39,657 nt of DNA, taken from assembly GCA_964527665.1 (NCBI GenBank), contig CAZGOK010000001.1:1-39657 (forward strand), in the 5' to 3' direction. The position numbers and the translations under genes were made by a program. The number at the start of each line of letters is the position of its first letter. Position 1 is the first letter of the stretch. The notes under the pieces were generated by a model that saw only the letters and a list, made by a program, of their open reading frames with translations, was not told where the DNA came from and ran no database searches. This DNA is from an uncultured Sphaerochaeta sp. (lineage in GTDB: Bacteria > Spirochaetota > Spirochaetia > Sphaerochaetales > Sphaerochaetaceae). Positions 17,923-26,127 of this stretch are shown piece after piece.

Positions 17923-18945
17923 ATGAGAAACAGAGACGAATATTTGGCCATTCCTATGGGCGATCCTGCGGGGATCGGGCCTGAGATACTCCTTAAAACA
18001 TTGATTGGTTCATCAGGATCACTGCATGTCGTAGTGGTGGGATCAGCACCTTTGTTCGCACAGACTGCAAAGGATTTGCACCTTGGGGGGGCTTTTGATG
18101 CTGTGGTGGATAACCTTGCCTCGTTGCAGGCTGCCCAAAGCGAAGGCCTCGGGCGCATCCTCTACAATATCGAAGGGGTGGACCTCACCCTGTTCGCCTA
18201 TGGGGAGGTCAGTGCCATGTGTGGCAAAGCCGCCTACGATGCTATCAGGATGAGTGTAACGCTGGTCAGCGAGGGGTACTGCAAGGCGATCGTAACCCCA
18301 CCTCTGCATAAGGAGGCGTTGCAAGCGGCAAAGATTCCACATATCGGCCATACGGAAATTCTTGCCCACCTCACCGGCTCAAAGGAAGCGGTAACCATGT
18401 TCGATACCTTGGGGATGAAGATCTTCTTCCACACCAGGCATCTCTCCCTTTCGGATGCGTGCAAGGCAGTCACCAAGGAGAGCCTGTTGAAGACCATCCT
18501 CCTGTGCGATGCCATACTTTCCTCGAACAGCGTCTTTGACAAGGCCCTGCCCATGGCTGTAGCCGGGCTCAACCCCCACTGTGGAGAGCACGGACTCTTT
18601 GGAGATGAGGAAGGTGTGGCCATCGAGCCTGCCATTGCCGAGGCAAGGGCAAGGGGGGTCAATGTGGTCGGTCCCATCGGTGCCGACTCGGTATTTCACC
18701 AGACCAAAGTGGGCAGGTACAGCTGCGCCATCTCGCTCTACCATGACCAGGGGCATATCGCGGCAAAGACCTTGGATTTTCACCAGACCATATCCATCAC
18801 CTGGGGTTTGCCCTTTTTGCGCACCAGTGTGGACCATGGCACAGCATTCGATATAGCAGGCAAGGGCATAGCTGATAACCGGGGCATGGCAAGAGCCATA
18901 CAGGTAGCCTCTGAGTATCTGGCTTCTGAGGAGGGGCTTTCATGA
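17923..18945 (+). CDS. pdxA: PdxA-family dehydrogenase (4-hydroxythreonine-4-phosphate or D-threonate-4-phosphate)
   Basis: MGDPAGIGPE, GHTE, GLNPHCGE, YHDQGH, RTSVDHGTAFDIAG. Confidence 0.93.
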   Translation: MRNRDEYLAIPMGDPAGIGPEILLKTLIGSSGSLHVVVVGSAPLFAQTAKDLHLGGAFDAVVDNLASLQAAQSEGLGRILYNIEGVDLTLFAYGEVSAMCGKAAYDAIRMSVTLVSEGYCKAIVTPPLHKEALQAAKIPHIGHTEILAHLTGSKEAVTMFDTLGMKIFFHTRHLSLSDACKAVTKESLLKTILLCDAILSSNSVFDKALPMAVAGLNPHCGEHGLFGDEEGVAIEPAIAEARARGVNVVGPIGADSVFHQTKVGRYSCAISLYHDQGHIAAKTLDFHQTISITWGLPFLRTSVDHGTAFDIAGKGIADNRGMARAIQVASEYLASEEGLS

Positions 18946-20141
18946 AGAAACAAACAGTTCTCGGTATAATGAGTTTGGTGGCGGCCCTGGTCCTCACCTC
19001 GTGTGCAACATCAATACAGGTGCGACACCTCGTCCCTAGCGAAGTTGATGTCAGCCAACACCGTACCATTGCCATCGGTTCCACCAGCATGTATACCTTC
19101 CCCCGGGGCTCGACGCTCCCACCTTGGATAAAGGGCTCCAGTGATACCTCCTTCACCCTCAGCAGCGGCTTCAATCAGAGTGTCAACGCAAAAGTAGCGG
19201 ATGCAAGCACGGCATTCCTCGCCGATGCCATGGTAAACACCGAGTACTTCACCGTCCTGCCCCCTGAGACCACCGATGCCTACCTTATCCTGGCAAAGAG
19301 TGGTGAGGATTCCTATGCCATGCTCAGGAAGAAGGGCGTTGATGCCCTGCTACAGAGCTCCATCACGTACATGAACTGCGAAGAGCAGATCATAGGAAGG
19401 GATATCAAGGAGTGGGTCACAGAAGATCCTGCACCCAAAACACCTGATCCTGGAGATCCTCCCTATGTTCCAAAAATAATAACCTACGAGAAGGTGACAG
19501 GGCGCTCATACTTTCTTGAACAGAAGGCCACAATTACCTTTACCTATACTCTCATAGACCTGCATGCCAATAGGATCCTCGCCACACAGAGCTTCACGCT
19601 ACAGAAATCTCAGGAGACGTGCCTGGGCAAGACCATCTTTGGATCAGGCTCTGAAAGCCGGGATAAGAGTGAGCGTTGCTACTCCAGTGGATTCGCTCCC
19701 TCCTTCTTCCCTCTCTTTAATGCGATGGTCAAGGAGATCCCTGCTACAATTGCCAGGCAGCTTGCCCCCTCATGGACTGAATCGAGAGTCTCCCTGATGG
19801 CGAACAAACCCAAGGCTGATGTCGACCATGCGTACAAGATGGCTGAAAAGGGTGATCTCAGAGGCGCTTATGCAGTGTTCAACCAGATGTGGGAGCAAAA
19901 TCTTCACACACCGAGTGGGTATAATGCAGCCTTGTTGCTTGAAGGCCTTGGCCAGTATTGTGAAGCCCTCGCCCTGATGAACGAGGTGTACAACAAAAGC
20001 GGGGACCCAAAGAGCCATGACCAGCTGATACGGCTCAAAGCAGTCGTCAGCCAGCAGGAGCAGGCTATGAAGCAGATTGACGGGAGTGTAGATCTTGTCG
20101 ATGGGAAGATGATCAAAACACAAATAGTGACGGCACAATGA
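18942..20141 (+). CDS. Lipoprotein with C-terminal TPR-like helices
   Basis: Lipobox LTSC; YNAALLLEGLGQY.EAL TPR-like pattern. Confidence 0.75.
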   Translation: MKKQTVLGIMSLVAALVLTSCATSIQVRHLVPSEVDVSQHRTIAIGSTSMYTFPRGSTLPPWIKGSSDTSFTLSSGFNQSVNAKVADASTAFLADAMVNTEYFTVLPPETTDAYLILAKSGEDSYAMLRKKGVDALLQSSITYMNCEEQIIGRDIKEWVTEDPAPKTPDPGDPPYVPKIITYEKVTGRSYFLEQKATITFTYTLIDLHANRILATQSFTLQKSQETCLGKTIFGSGSESRDKSERCYSSGFAPSFFPLFNAMVKEIPATIARQLAPSWTESRVSLMANKPKADVDHAYKMAEKGDLRGAYAVFNQMWEQNLHTPSGYNAALLLEGLGQYCEALALMNEVYNKSGDPKSHDQLIRLKAVVSQQEQAMKQIDGSVDLVDGKMIKTQIVTAQ

Positions 20142-20677
20142 TGAAGAAAGCACGAATACTGGTATATACAGGGGAAGGCAAGGGCAAGACCACCGCTTCG
20201 ATGGGGCAGCTGATGAGGGCCTTGGGCCACGGAGGCACATGCGCTGTCGCGCAGTTCATCAAGGGCGATCCCCAAAGCCTCGATAGCGGCGAATACCGCA
20301 CAGCTTTGAAGCTTGGCGTTGTGTGGAAGAATTTCGGCAGTGGGTTTACCTGGGTCGGGGACAATGCAAAGACCAATGCAGAGCTCGCCCTCAAGGGGTG
20401 GGAACAGGTGAAGAGGTGGATCTCCACCTCAGCCTTTGACCTGATAGTCCTGGATGAGTTCACCTATACCCTAAGCCTGGGGTACCTCGATGCAGAGGAA
20501 GTTTGCCACTGGTTGGAGGATCATAAGGTTGGGAAAGGGTTTCCTCACCTCGTCATTACCGGGCGCGATGCTCCGCCCTGCCTTGTTTCGATAGCCGATA
20601 TGGTCAGTGAAGTGCATATGGTTAAGCACCATATGTACTCTGAGGGCTCTCAAGCGGCCCCTATGGTGGAGTATTGA
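20138..20677 (+). CDS. cobO: Cob(I)yrinic acid a,c-diamide adenosyltransferase (CobO/BtuR family)
   Basis: VYTGEGKGKTTA, QFIKG, GSGFTW, LIVLDE, VITGR. Confidence 0.92.
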   Translation: MMKKARILVYTGEGKGKTTASMGQLMRALGHGGTCAVAQFIKGDPQSLDSGEYRTALKLGVVWKNFGSGFTWVGDNAKTNAELALKGWEQVKRWISTSAFDLIVLDEFTYTLSLGYLDAEEVCHWLEDHKVGKGFPHLVITGRDAPPCLVSIADMVSEVHMVKHHMYSEGSQAAPMVEY

Positions 20678-20718
20678 CCCCTTGATAGCCTAAATTACAA
20701 CTCTCTCATCTTTATCCT

Positions 20719-20746
20719 TTCACAAACGCCTATTTCTGGGTATAAT
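20719..20746 (+). promoter_or_regulatory. Putative promoter of the phosphatase-RloAB-LuxR-esterase cluster
   Basis: TTCACA-16-TATAAT followed by an AGGAG SD. Confidence 0.6.
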
Positions 20747-20764
20747 CACAAGCAGGAGTTTCAT

Positions 20765-21400
20765 ATGGGCCTTTGTGATTTTCATTGTCACCTATTACCT
20801 CAGATTGATGACGGCTATGTCGCACTTGAGGGTTTCTCCCGGATGTTGAGCCTCTACAAAGAGAGTGGGGTATCAACCCTTGCCTTTACGCCCCATATCT
20901 ACAATCCGTACGTGACAACCAATATCGGGTCACTGCGAGAGACGTTTGCATGGGCCTCTAAGGTGGCTTTGGATATGGGGATGGTCACGTACCTGGGTAG
21001 CGAGCTTTTTGTAGGCACCCAGGAGGAGTTGAAGTGCATTCCGATAGCAGACAAATACTGCCTGGTCGAGTTTGGCCTCTCTCTTCCCCCGGCAAACCTC
21101 ATCCCGCGCCTGGAGAAGCTGACAGGGGAAGGCCTTACCTTAATTCTAGCCCATGTGGAGAGGTATCGTTGGCTGACACCCACGAACTCCGCGTTGGAGC
21201 GCCTTCTTGCCCTTGGGGCACTGGTGCAGGTGAATGTTGAGGCCGTTGAGGATGGTTCCGCTTTGCCCTACCTTGAGGCAGGTCTGGTGGACCTTATTGC
21301 AACGGATAACCATGGTGATGAGACGCTTCCTAATCGTATGCTTGCTGTCCTGAATGAGTGGCCAGAGGTTTACAAGAAGATGGAAGGGATGATTGTATGA
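20765..21400 (+). CDS. PHP-family protein tyrosine phosphatase (CpsB/CapC-like)
   Basis: DFHCHLLPQIDDG, TPH, LVEF, LAHVERY, ATDNH. Confidence 0.9.
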   Translation: MGLCDFHCHLLPQIDDGYVALEGFSRMLSLYKESGVSTLAFTPHIYNPYVTTNIGSLRETFAWASKVALDMGMVTYLGSELFVGTQEELKCIPIADKYCLVEFGLSLPPANLIPRLEKLTGEGLTLILAHVERYRWLTPTNSALERLLALGALVQVNVEAVEDGSALPYLEAGLVDLIATDNHGDETLPNRMLAVLNEWPEVYKKMEGMIV

Positions 21401-21434
21401 TATTCACCCGATGGGTGAAGTAAGGAGGTAGCGT

Positions 21435-22682
21435 ATGCTGCTTGATATGACTATTGCGAACTTCAAGTCCGTACAGTCTGCACAGACTATTTCGTTTGAA
21501 GCTGTCAGGGACAATAGGTTTCCCGAGTCAAAAGTGGTCTCAGTCAACGATAAGCTCAAACTTATCAAGACTGCAGCCATCATAGGGCCAAACGGAGCTG
21601 GAAAGAGCTCTTTTGTCAGGGCACTTGAGGCTTTGAAAGGGATAGTGACTGCACCTGAAGATACGGTGAACCCGTTGCAGATTCTCAGCGGGACCTCATT
21701 TGCCTACTCTGATGAGAAGGGCAAACCGGCCACCATCATCATCAGGGTGGTGATGGAACAGGGTGATGAGACGCAGGATTCCACCATTGCCATCTATACC
21801 CTGGTCGCTGACCGGGAGAAGATCTATGAGGAGTCCATGTTCAGCATGATCGGTCGGTCAAAGCGGCTTATGTTTGAGCGCAAGCTCAATGAGGCCTCCC
21901 TGCTGCTCGATGATGCGGACCTCGCATACAAGTACCGCTTCGGTAAGAACTACCGTGGGGAGAAGAAGCGTCTCGTCGACAAGGTTGACGAAAAGCACTC
22001 CTTCCTGACCGCTTCGATGGAAAAGGGCAGTGAGACCACCCTCCCTCTCTACACCTGGATCAACGAGTGCCTGCACCTGTTGCCCATGGGTGTTTCCAGC
22101 CTTAGTGAGAAGTACCTCATCGCCCAGCTGACCGAGCATCCCACCTGGGTAAAACAGCTGACCAACTTCCTGTGGAGTGTGGATATCACCGACATCCGAG
22201 ACATCAAGATCAAGGATGACCGCCTTATCTTTGTCCACACCAACGTCACCCAGCACTACGCATCATACTTCTCCTTGGAGAGTTTGAGTCTCAGGCGTCT
22301 TTGCCTGGTCGGTGTTGCTTTCTTTGAGAGCTTCATCAAACCCAGGACCCTGATCATTGATGACTTCGGCATGTTGCTGCACCCCTATGTGCTGGCGCAC
22401 ATCGTGGAGATCTTTGAGGCGAGCAATACCGGCTATGGATCGCAGATGCTTGCCGTCGACTGCAACCCCTCGCTGCTGCAACCCGGCCTGATGAGGCGTG
22501 ATGGCATCTACTTTGCTGAGAAGAACAGCGAGAGTGCAACTGTCTACTACAGCCTTGCCAACTACAAGTACTCCAAGAACAGGGATAAGACCCAGTCCCA
22601 GTATATGAACGGAGCTTTTGGTTCGCTACCGATCCTTTCAGAGTTTTACTTTGTTGACGACAATACGGACAAGGAGGTCTGA
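21435..22682 (+). CDS. RloA/AbiLi-like ABC-type (AAA_21) ATPase with degenerate hydrolysis motifs
   Basis: N-terminal IANFKS, Walker A GPNGAGKS, IIDD...LHP, RRDGIYFAEK, C-terminal YMNGAFGSLP. Confidence 0.85.
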   Translation: MLLDMTIANFKSVQSAQTISFEAVRDNRFPESKVVSVNDKLKLIKTAAIIGPNGAGKSSFVRALEALKGIVTAPEDTVNPLQILSGTSFAYSDEKGKPATIIIRVVMEQGDETQDSTIAIYTLVADREKIYEESMFSMIGRSKRLMFERKLNEASLLLDDADLAYKYRFGKNYRGEKKRLVDKVDEKHSFLTASMEKGSETTLPLYTWINECLHLLPMGVSSLSEKYLIAQLTEHPTWVKQLTNFLWSVDITDIRDIKIKDDRLIFVHTNVTQHYASYFSLESLSLRRLCLVGVAFFESFIKPRTLIIDDFGMLLHPYVLAHIVEIFEASNTGYGSQMLAVDCNPSLLQPGLMRRDGIYFAEKNSESATVYYSLANYKYSKNRDKTQSQYMNGAFGSLPILSEFYFVDDNTDKEV

Positions 22683-22684
22683 CC

Positions 22685-23326
22685 ATGGCACGCAAAAAAA
22701 TATCTAACAAGCCGCGCAGGACTATCCTGATAGTTACAGCCACCGAAGCTGAAGCTCTCTATTTCTCCCAGATGCGCAAGGATTGCCGTTATTCCAATCT
22801 CACTGTGGTGTGGGAGCAGGAGTTCAAGGATCTTGAGAATCTGATCAACCTCGCATCGCGCTATCGCAATACGGGCAACTACTCGGTTGTCTGGGTCCTG
22901 TTTGGCCTTGCCGATCTTGCCATTGCACCTTCTGAGGTGAAGAGGCTGCTTCCACATGCCAAAAAGAAGAAGGTGTCCCTATCGTGGACCAACCCCTCCA
23001 TGCCTCTTTGGTATCTGTTGCACCTGCAGACCCCACGGGGATTTGTCGGTGAGCCCTCCCTGATAACGAGCGCTTTGGAAAAATCCCTTCCAGGCTTTAC
23101 CCCTGATGCCTCCTATCTCCTGACTGAGGGCATGTACCTGCATCTGAAGCTCTATCCTGCCAAGGCTAAGGCTTCCCTCAATGCAAGTGCCTATAACAGG
23201 CTGGTGGAGAAGGACCTTGGGCTTGCCGCCATATCACTGGTGCCGCTGCTGAATGATATTACTGAGATCTGCGGGCTTGCAGACCTTACTCATAATCAGA
23301 AGCAGTTGGGTATGCACAAGGGGTAG
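22685..23326 (+). CDS. RloB/AbiLii-like protein with degenerate TOPRIM-like motifs
   Basis: Basic N-terminus, ILIV....E..YF, VWVLF, TNPSMPLWYLLH; 2 nt after the RloA-like gene. Confidence 0.8.
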   Translation: MARKKISNKPRRTILIVTATEAEALYFSQMRKDCRYSNLTVVWEQEFKDLENLINLASRYRNTGNYSVVWVLFGLADLAIAPSEVKRLLPHAKKKKVSLSWTNPSMPLWYLLHLQTPRGFVGEPSLITSALEKSLPGFTPDASYLLTEGMYLHLKLYPAKAKASLNASAYNRLVEKDLGLAAISLVPLLNDITEICGLADLTHNQKQLGMHKG

Positions 23327-23331
23327 GAGTG

Positions 23332-24219
23332 GTGAATGGATTGACTTTACTGGTCTATATGATTTCGTTTGCCCTAGGCTGTATGACGCTGGCACTAGCC
23401 ATCGTCTACAGCATGCATACCTCCCATCACTGGACCAAATTCTTCATTATCTGCCATGCATCCCTGTTGGGATGCATGATACTCTTGGCCCTGCAGCTAA
23501 TCTCGGCCCTCTTCCTTACCGGAATAGCCTCTGTGGTTGTGGGCTACGTGATCGGGTCGGTCTTCATCGCTGATGTGGCCTTCTTGACAGTATTCCTGCC
23601 GTACTTCACCACTTGGGTGATAGCACACCCCTGGAGGAATCCCTATAAGACAATTTTTACCCTGCTTGGCCTTGTCTACCTCTCTCTTGGAGTCTTCCAT
23701 GGCATTACCGGCAGCAAGACCCTCGATGACCTGATGATCTTGCTGTTCGTCTTTGTAGTGGGGTTCTGCCTAATCATCATGCTCAAGAACCTCTCATCCA
23801 TTGAGAACAAGACTGCCAGGGCAACGTGCATCACCATCATCATCGTCGGTGCCGCCATGCTGCCCTCCATCCTGCTCTCCCTGTTTTTCCCAACTATCAA
23901 GCCTCTGATGTACGGGGTGTATTTCCTTGCCTTCTCCATCACTGTGATGACATTCCTGTTCCTGGAGTTCGTCAGGCTGGCCAGAGAGGGGGCCATCGGA
24001 AAGAAAGACCTTGCCCTGGAGGACCTTGGCCTCTATCATATCACCGAGAGGGAGTTTGCCGTGATCCAGCTGGTAAGCAATGGTATGACAAACAAGGAGA
24101 TAGCTGCAGACCTTGGCATCAGTGCCAATACGGTGAACAACCACGTGGCCAATATCTTCTCCAAGACAAAGGTACGCAGTAGAATAGACTTGCTTAATCT
24201 TCTCAAGCAATCGTGGTAA
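23332..24219 (+). CDS. Membrane-anchored LuxR-type regulator (about 7 TM helices plus C-terminal HTH)
   Basis: Hydrophobic N-terminal ~210 aa; ITEREFAVIQLVSNGMTNKEIAADLGISANTVNNHVANIFSK. Start uncertain (23329, 23332 or 23341). Confidence 0.9.
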   Translation: MNGLTLLVYMISFALGCMTLALAIVYSMHTSHHWTKFFIICHASLLGCMILLALQLISALFLTGIASVVVGYVIGSVFIADVAFLTVFLPYFTTWVIAHPWRNPYKTIFTLLGLVYLSLGVFHGITGSKTLDDLMILLFVFVVGFCLIIMLKNLSSIENKTARATCITIIIVGAAMLPSILLSLFFPTIKPLMYGVYFLAFSITVMTFLFLEFVRLAREGAIGKKDLALEDLGLYHITEREFAVIQLVSNGMTNKEIAADLGISANTVNNHVANIFSKTKVRSRIDLLNLLKQSW

Positions 24220-24230
24220 GGAGACCCAAG

Positions 24231-25070
24231 ATGCACATTTCCTATGACGTGTTTGCCTGGAATAAAAATCACTATCAGGACAAGGCTCCTGTGCGCACGT
24301 GTGCCCGGTCTTGGCAGATGGTTCATCAGAGCCGCTCTGAAAAGGCTGTCCTGCTTGTCCATGGCTTCAGCGGATATCCAGGGGAGGTCGTCAGGCCTGG
24401 TGTGGATCTCTATGAGGCCGGCTTTGACTGCTATGCCCCCCGCCTGCCCGGACATGGCACCAGTGGGGACGACTTTCTGGCTTCCAAGGCTGAGGACTGG
24501 ATAGGTACCATCTACGATGCCTATGCCCTGCTCTCTACCAGCTACAAGAGTGTCTTCCTGGTTGGTCACTCGATGGGTGGGGCGATAGCCACCATCATCG
24601 CTGACGCCTTTGATGCAAAGCGCCTCGCCCTCTTGGCCCCGGCCTTGTTGGTGCCTTCCATACCTGTATTGAAGCTCAGGATTTTTCGTCACCTGGTCAA
24701 ACGACAGAAGGTGGCGTGGAAAAGTGATCCTGAGTACCAATTCTACTATGAGGGTGATGAGGACGACGATGAGTTTCTCGGTTCAGAGTACTGGTCGTTT
24801 GTCTTTCCTCCGGCTGTATGGCAGCTGGAGAGGGTGCGCCGTCAGGCTGTAGCGGCTCTTGATCATCTCAAGGCCGACACCCTGATCATCAGCGGTGGGT
24901 TGGACAAGACAGTCCCCCAGGCAGCGAGCCGCCTGGTCATTGAACGGGGTAAGGGGGAAAACAGGCACCTGCATATCCCTGCAGCCTCCCACTTCATGCC
25001 CTACGACAAGAATCTGCCTGCCCAGAACAAGGCTATGGAGAGTGTTGTCTCTTGGTTGTTGAAGGAGTAG
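24231..25070 (+). CDS. Alpha/beta hydrolase (carboxylesterase or monoacylglycerol lipase-like)
   Basis: LVHGFSG, LPGHGT, GHSMGG, DKTVP, ASH; AAGGAG SD. Confidence 0.9.
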   Translation: MHISYDVFAWNKNHYQDKAPVRTCARSWQMVHQSRSEKAVLLVHGFSGYPGEVVRPGVDLYEAGFDCYAPRLPGHGTSGDDFLASKAEDWIGTIYDAYALLSTSYKSVFLVGHSMGGAIATIIADAFDAKRLALLAPALLVPSIPVLKLRIFRHLVKRQKVAWKSDPEYQFYYEGDEDDDEFLGSEYWSFVFPPAVWQLERVRRQAVAALDHLKADTLIISGGLDKTVPQAASRLVIERGKGENRHLHIPAASHFMPYDKNLPAQNKAMESVVSWLLKE

Positions 25071-25102
25071 GTGCAGTCTGACCTACAGAGCAGGGCACCC
25101 TA

Positions 25103-25135
25103 GAAGGGCGTAAGGAGGTTTTCCTTACGCTCTTT
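25103..25135. terminator. Hairpin between the convergent esterase and HD genes
   Basis: GAAGGGCGTAAGGA-ggttt-TCCTTACGCTCTTT. Confidence 0.65.
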
Positions 25136-25850
25136 TCAGGTTGCGGGCCATGAAGCGTCCCTTGAGCAGTTCGTAGTACTCATAGACTGAGGATATCTTG
25201 TCGCTCAGGGAGACTACAAAGCTCTCCTTGTACCGCGGTATCGACATGGTCTTGGGGAACATGTGCTTGACGATGATGTCAGCTTCCAGGTCGGTCACCT
25301 CAAACTGCTCTCTGGCATTGGCCAGGGCGATGTGTGGGTGCTCCCTTCCGTGCAGGGATCTTTTCAGGTCGTTTGCCTTGCGCTCCCTCCAGTCATAGAG
25401 GAAGAAGTCATGCAACAATCCGCCCCTGGCAGCAGAGCGGTAGTCGAGGCGCATTGCCTTGGCTATCACGTACGAGATGTAGGAGACGCGGATCACATGG
25501 TCATAGATGTGGTTGGTGTGGTGGAAAAACCCCTTGAGCTTGCGAAACTCCTGATTGAGGAGAATGTCATCAACGAGGAGGATGAACTCCTTGCGTTGTG
25601 GACGGGCAAGGAGAAAGGGAATCCTGCCTATGCGTACCATCGAGCTGTGCAGGTGGTAGGCCAACAATAGGCTGATCTGGGATATGACCAAAAAAAGTAT
25701 CATGGAATTGCTCGAATAGAGAGCAAACTTTGAAGCAAAACTGTCTGCGATGAAGAGCATGGCCAACAGGATGGCTGGAATGGTAAAAAGTCTTCGTAGC
25801 TCTTTGTGGTTGCCGTCTCCGAATGCAGTTGTAGTGGGAATAGCGTACAG
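25125..25850 (-). CDS. HD-domain phosphohydrolase with N-terminal membrane segments; probable CTG start
   Basis: DHVIRVS, LLHDFFLYDW, HP, KHMFP, SLSDK; frame open back to CTG 25850, which follows AAGGAGG. Confidence 0.85.
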   Translation of the reverse strand: MYAIPTTTAFGDGNHKELRRLFTIPAILLAMLFIADSFASKFALYSSNSMILFLVISQISLLLAYHLHSSMVRIGRIPFLLARPQRKEFILLVDDILLNQEFRKLKGFFHHTNHIYDHVIRVSYISYVIAKAMRLDYRSAARGGLLHDFFLYDWRERKANDLKRSLHGREHPHIALANAREQFEVTDLEADIIVKHMFPKTMSIPRYKESFVVSLSDKISSVYEYYELLKGRFMARNLKRA

Positions 25851-26127
25851 GGTAGTCCTCCTTAGGATAATTGTTAGAACTCTATACCAAATTAGGAATT
25901 AGGGTCAATGCCCGGACCTCTTTCCAAAGGGAAATGGTCTATAAAGGTCCGTTTTATTGAGGAAACCATTCAAGATATATACTGAGGGTGATATTCTGAA
26001 ATCCTGCACGATTGGATGCTTGGACTGCTGTGTGGATGTATGTGTCTCTCTTTGCACGGTTCAGCAGATTGTTGCCATTATCTTGTTTTTACGGTACAAC
26101 AGTAGCAATGAGAAGGAGTATATCCTG

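Noticed and set aside
20138-20677. Cobalamin riboswitch or B12 cluster around cobO
   Set aside because: cobO overlaps the upstream gene, so there is no leader, and no other cob genes are present
25957-26127. Cys-rich N-terminal extension of GltX in the ORF track, and similar extensions on GdhA (to 32514), binding protein 2 (to 17452) and MATE copy 2 (to 12602)
   Set aside because: Downstream starts have clear SDs and match family N-termini; the extensions run through promoter DNA
25909-26127. Possible T-box riboswitch before gltX-glyQS-tyrS, or before argS and the ABC operon
   Set aside because: No GGTGGNACCGCG T-box motif or terminator/antiterminator seen
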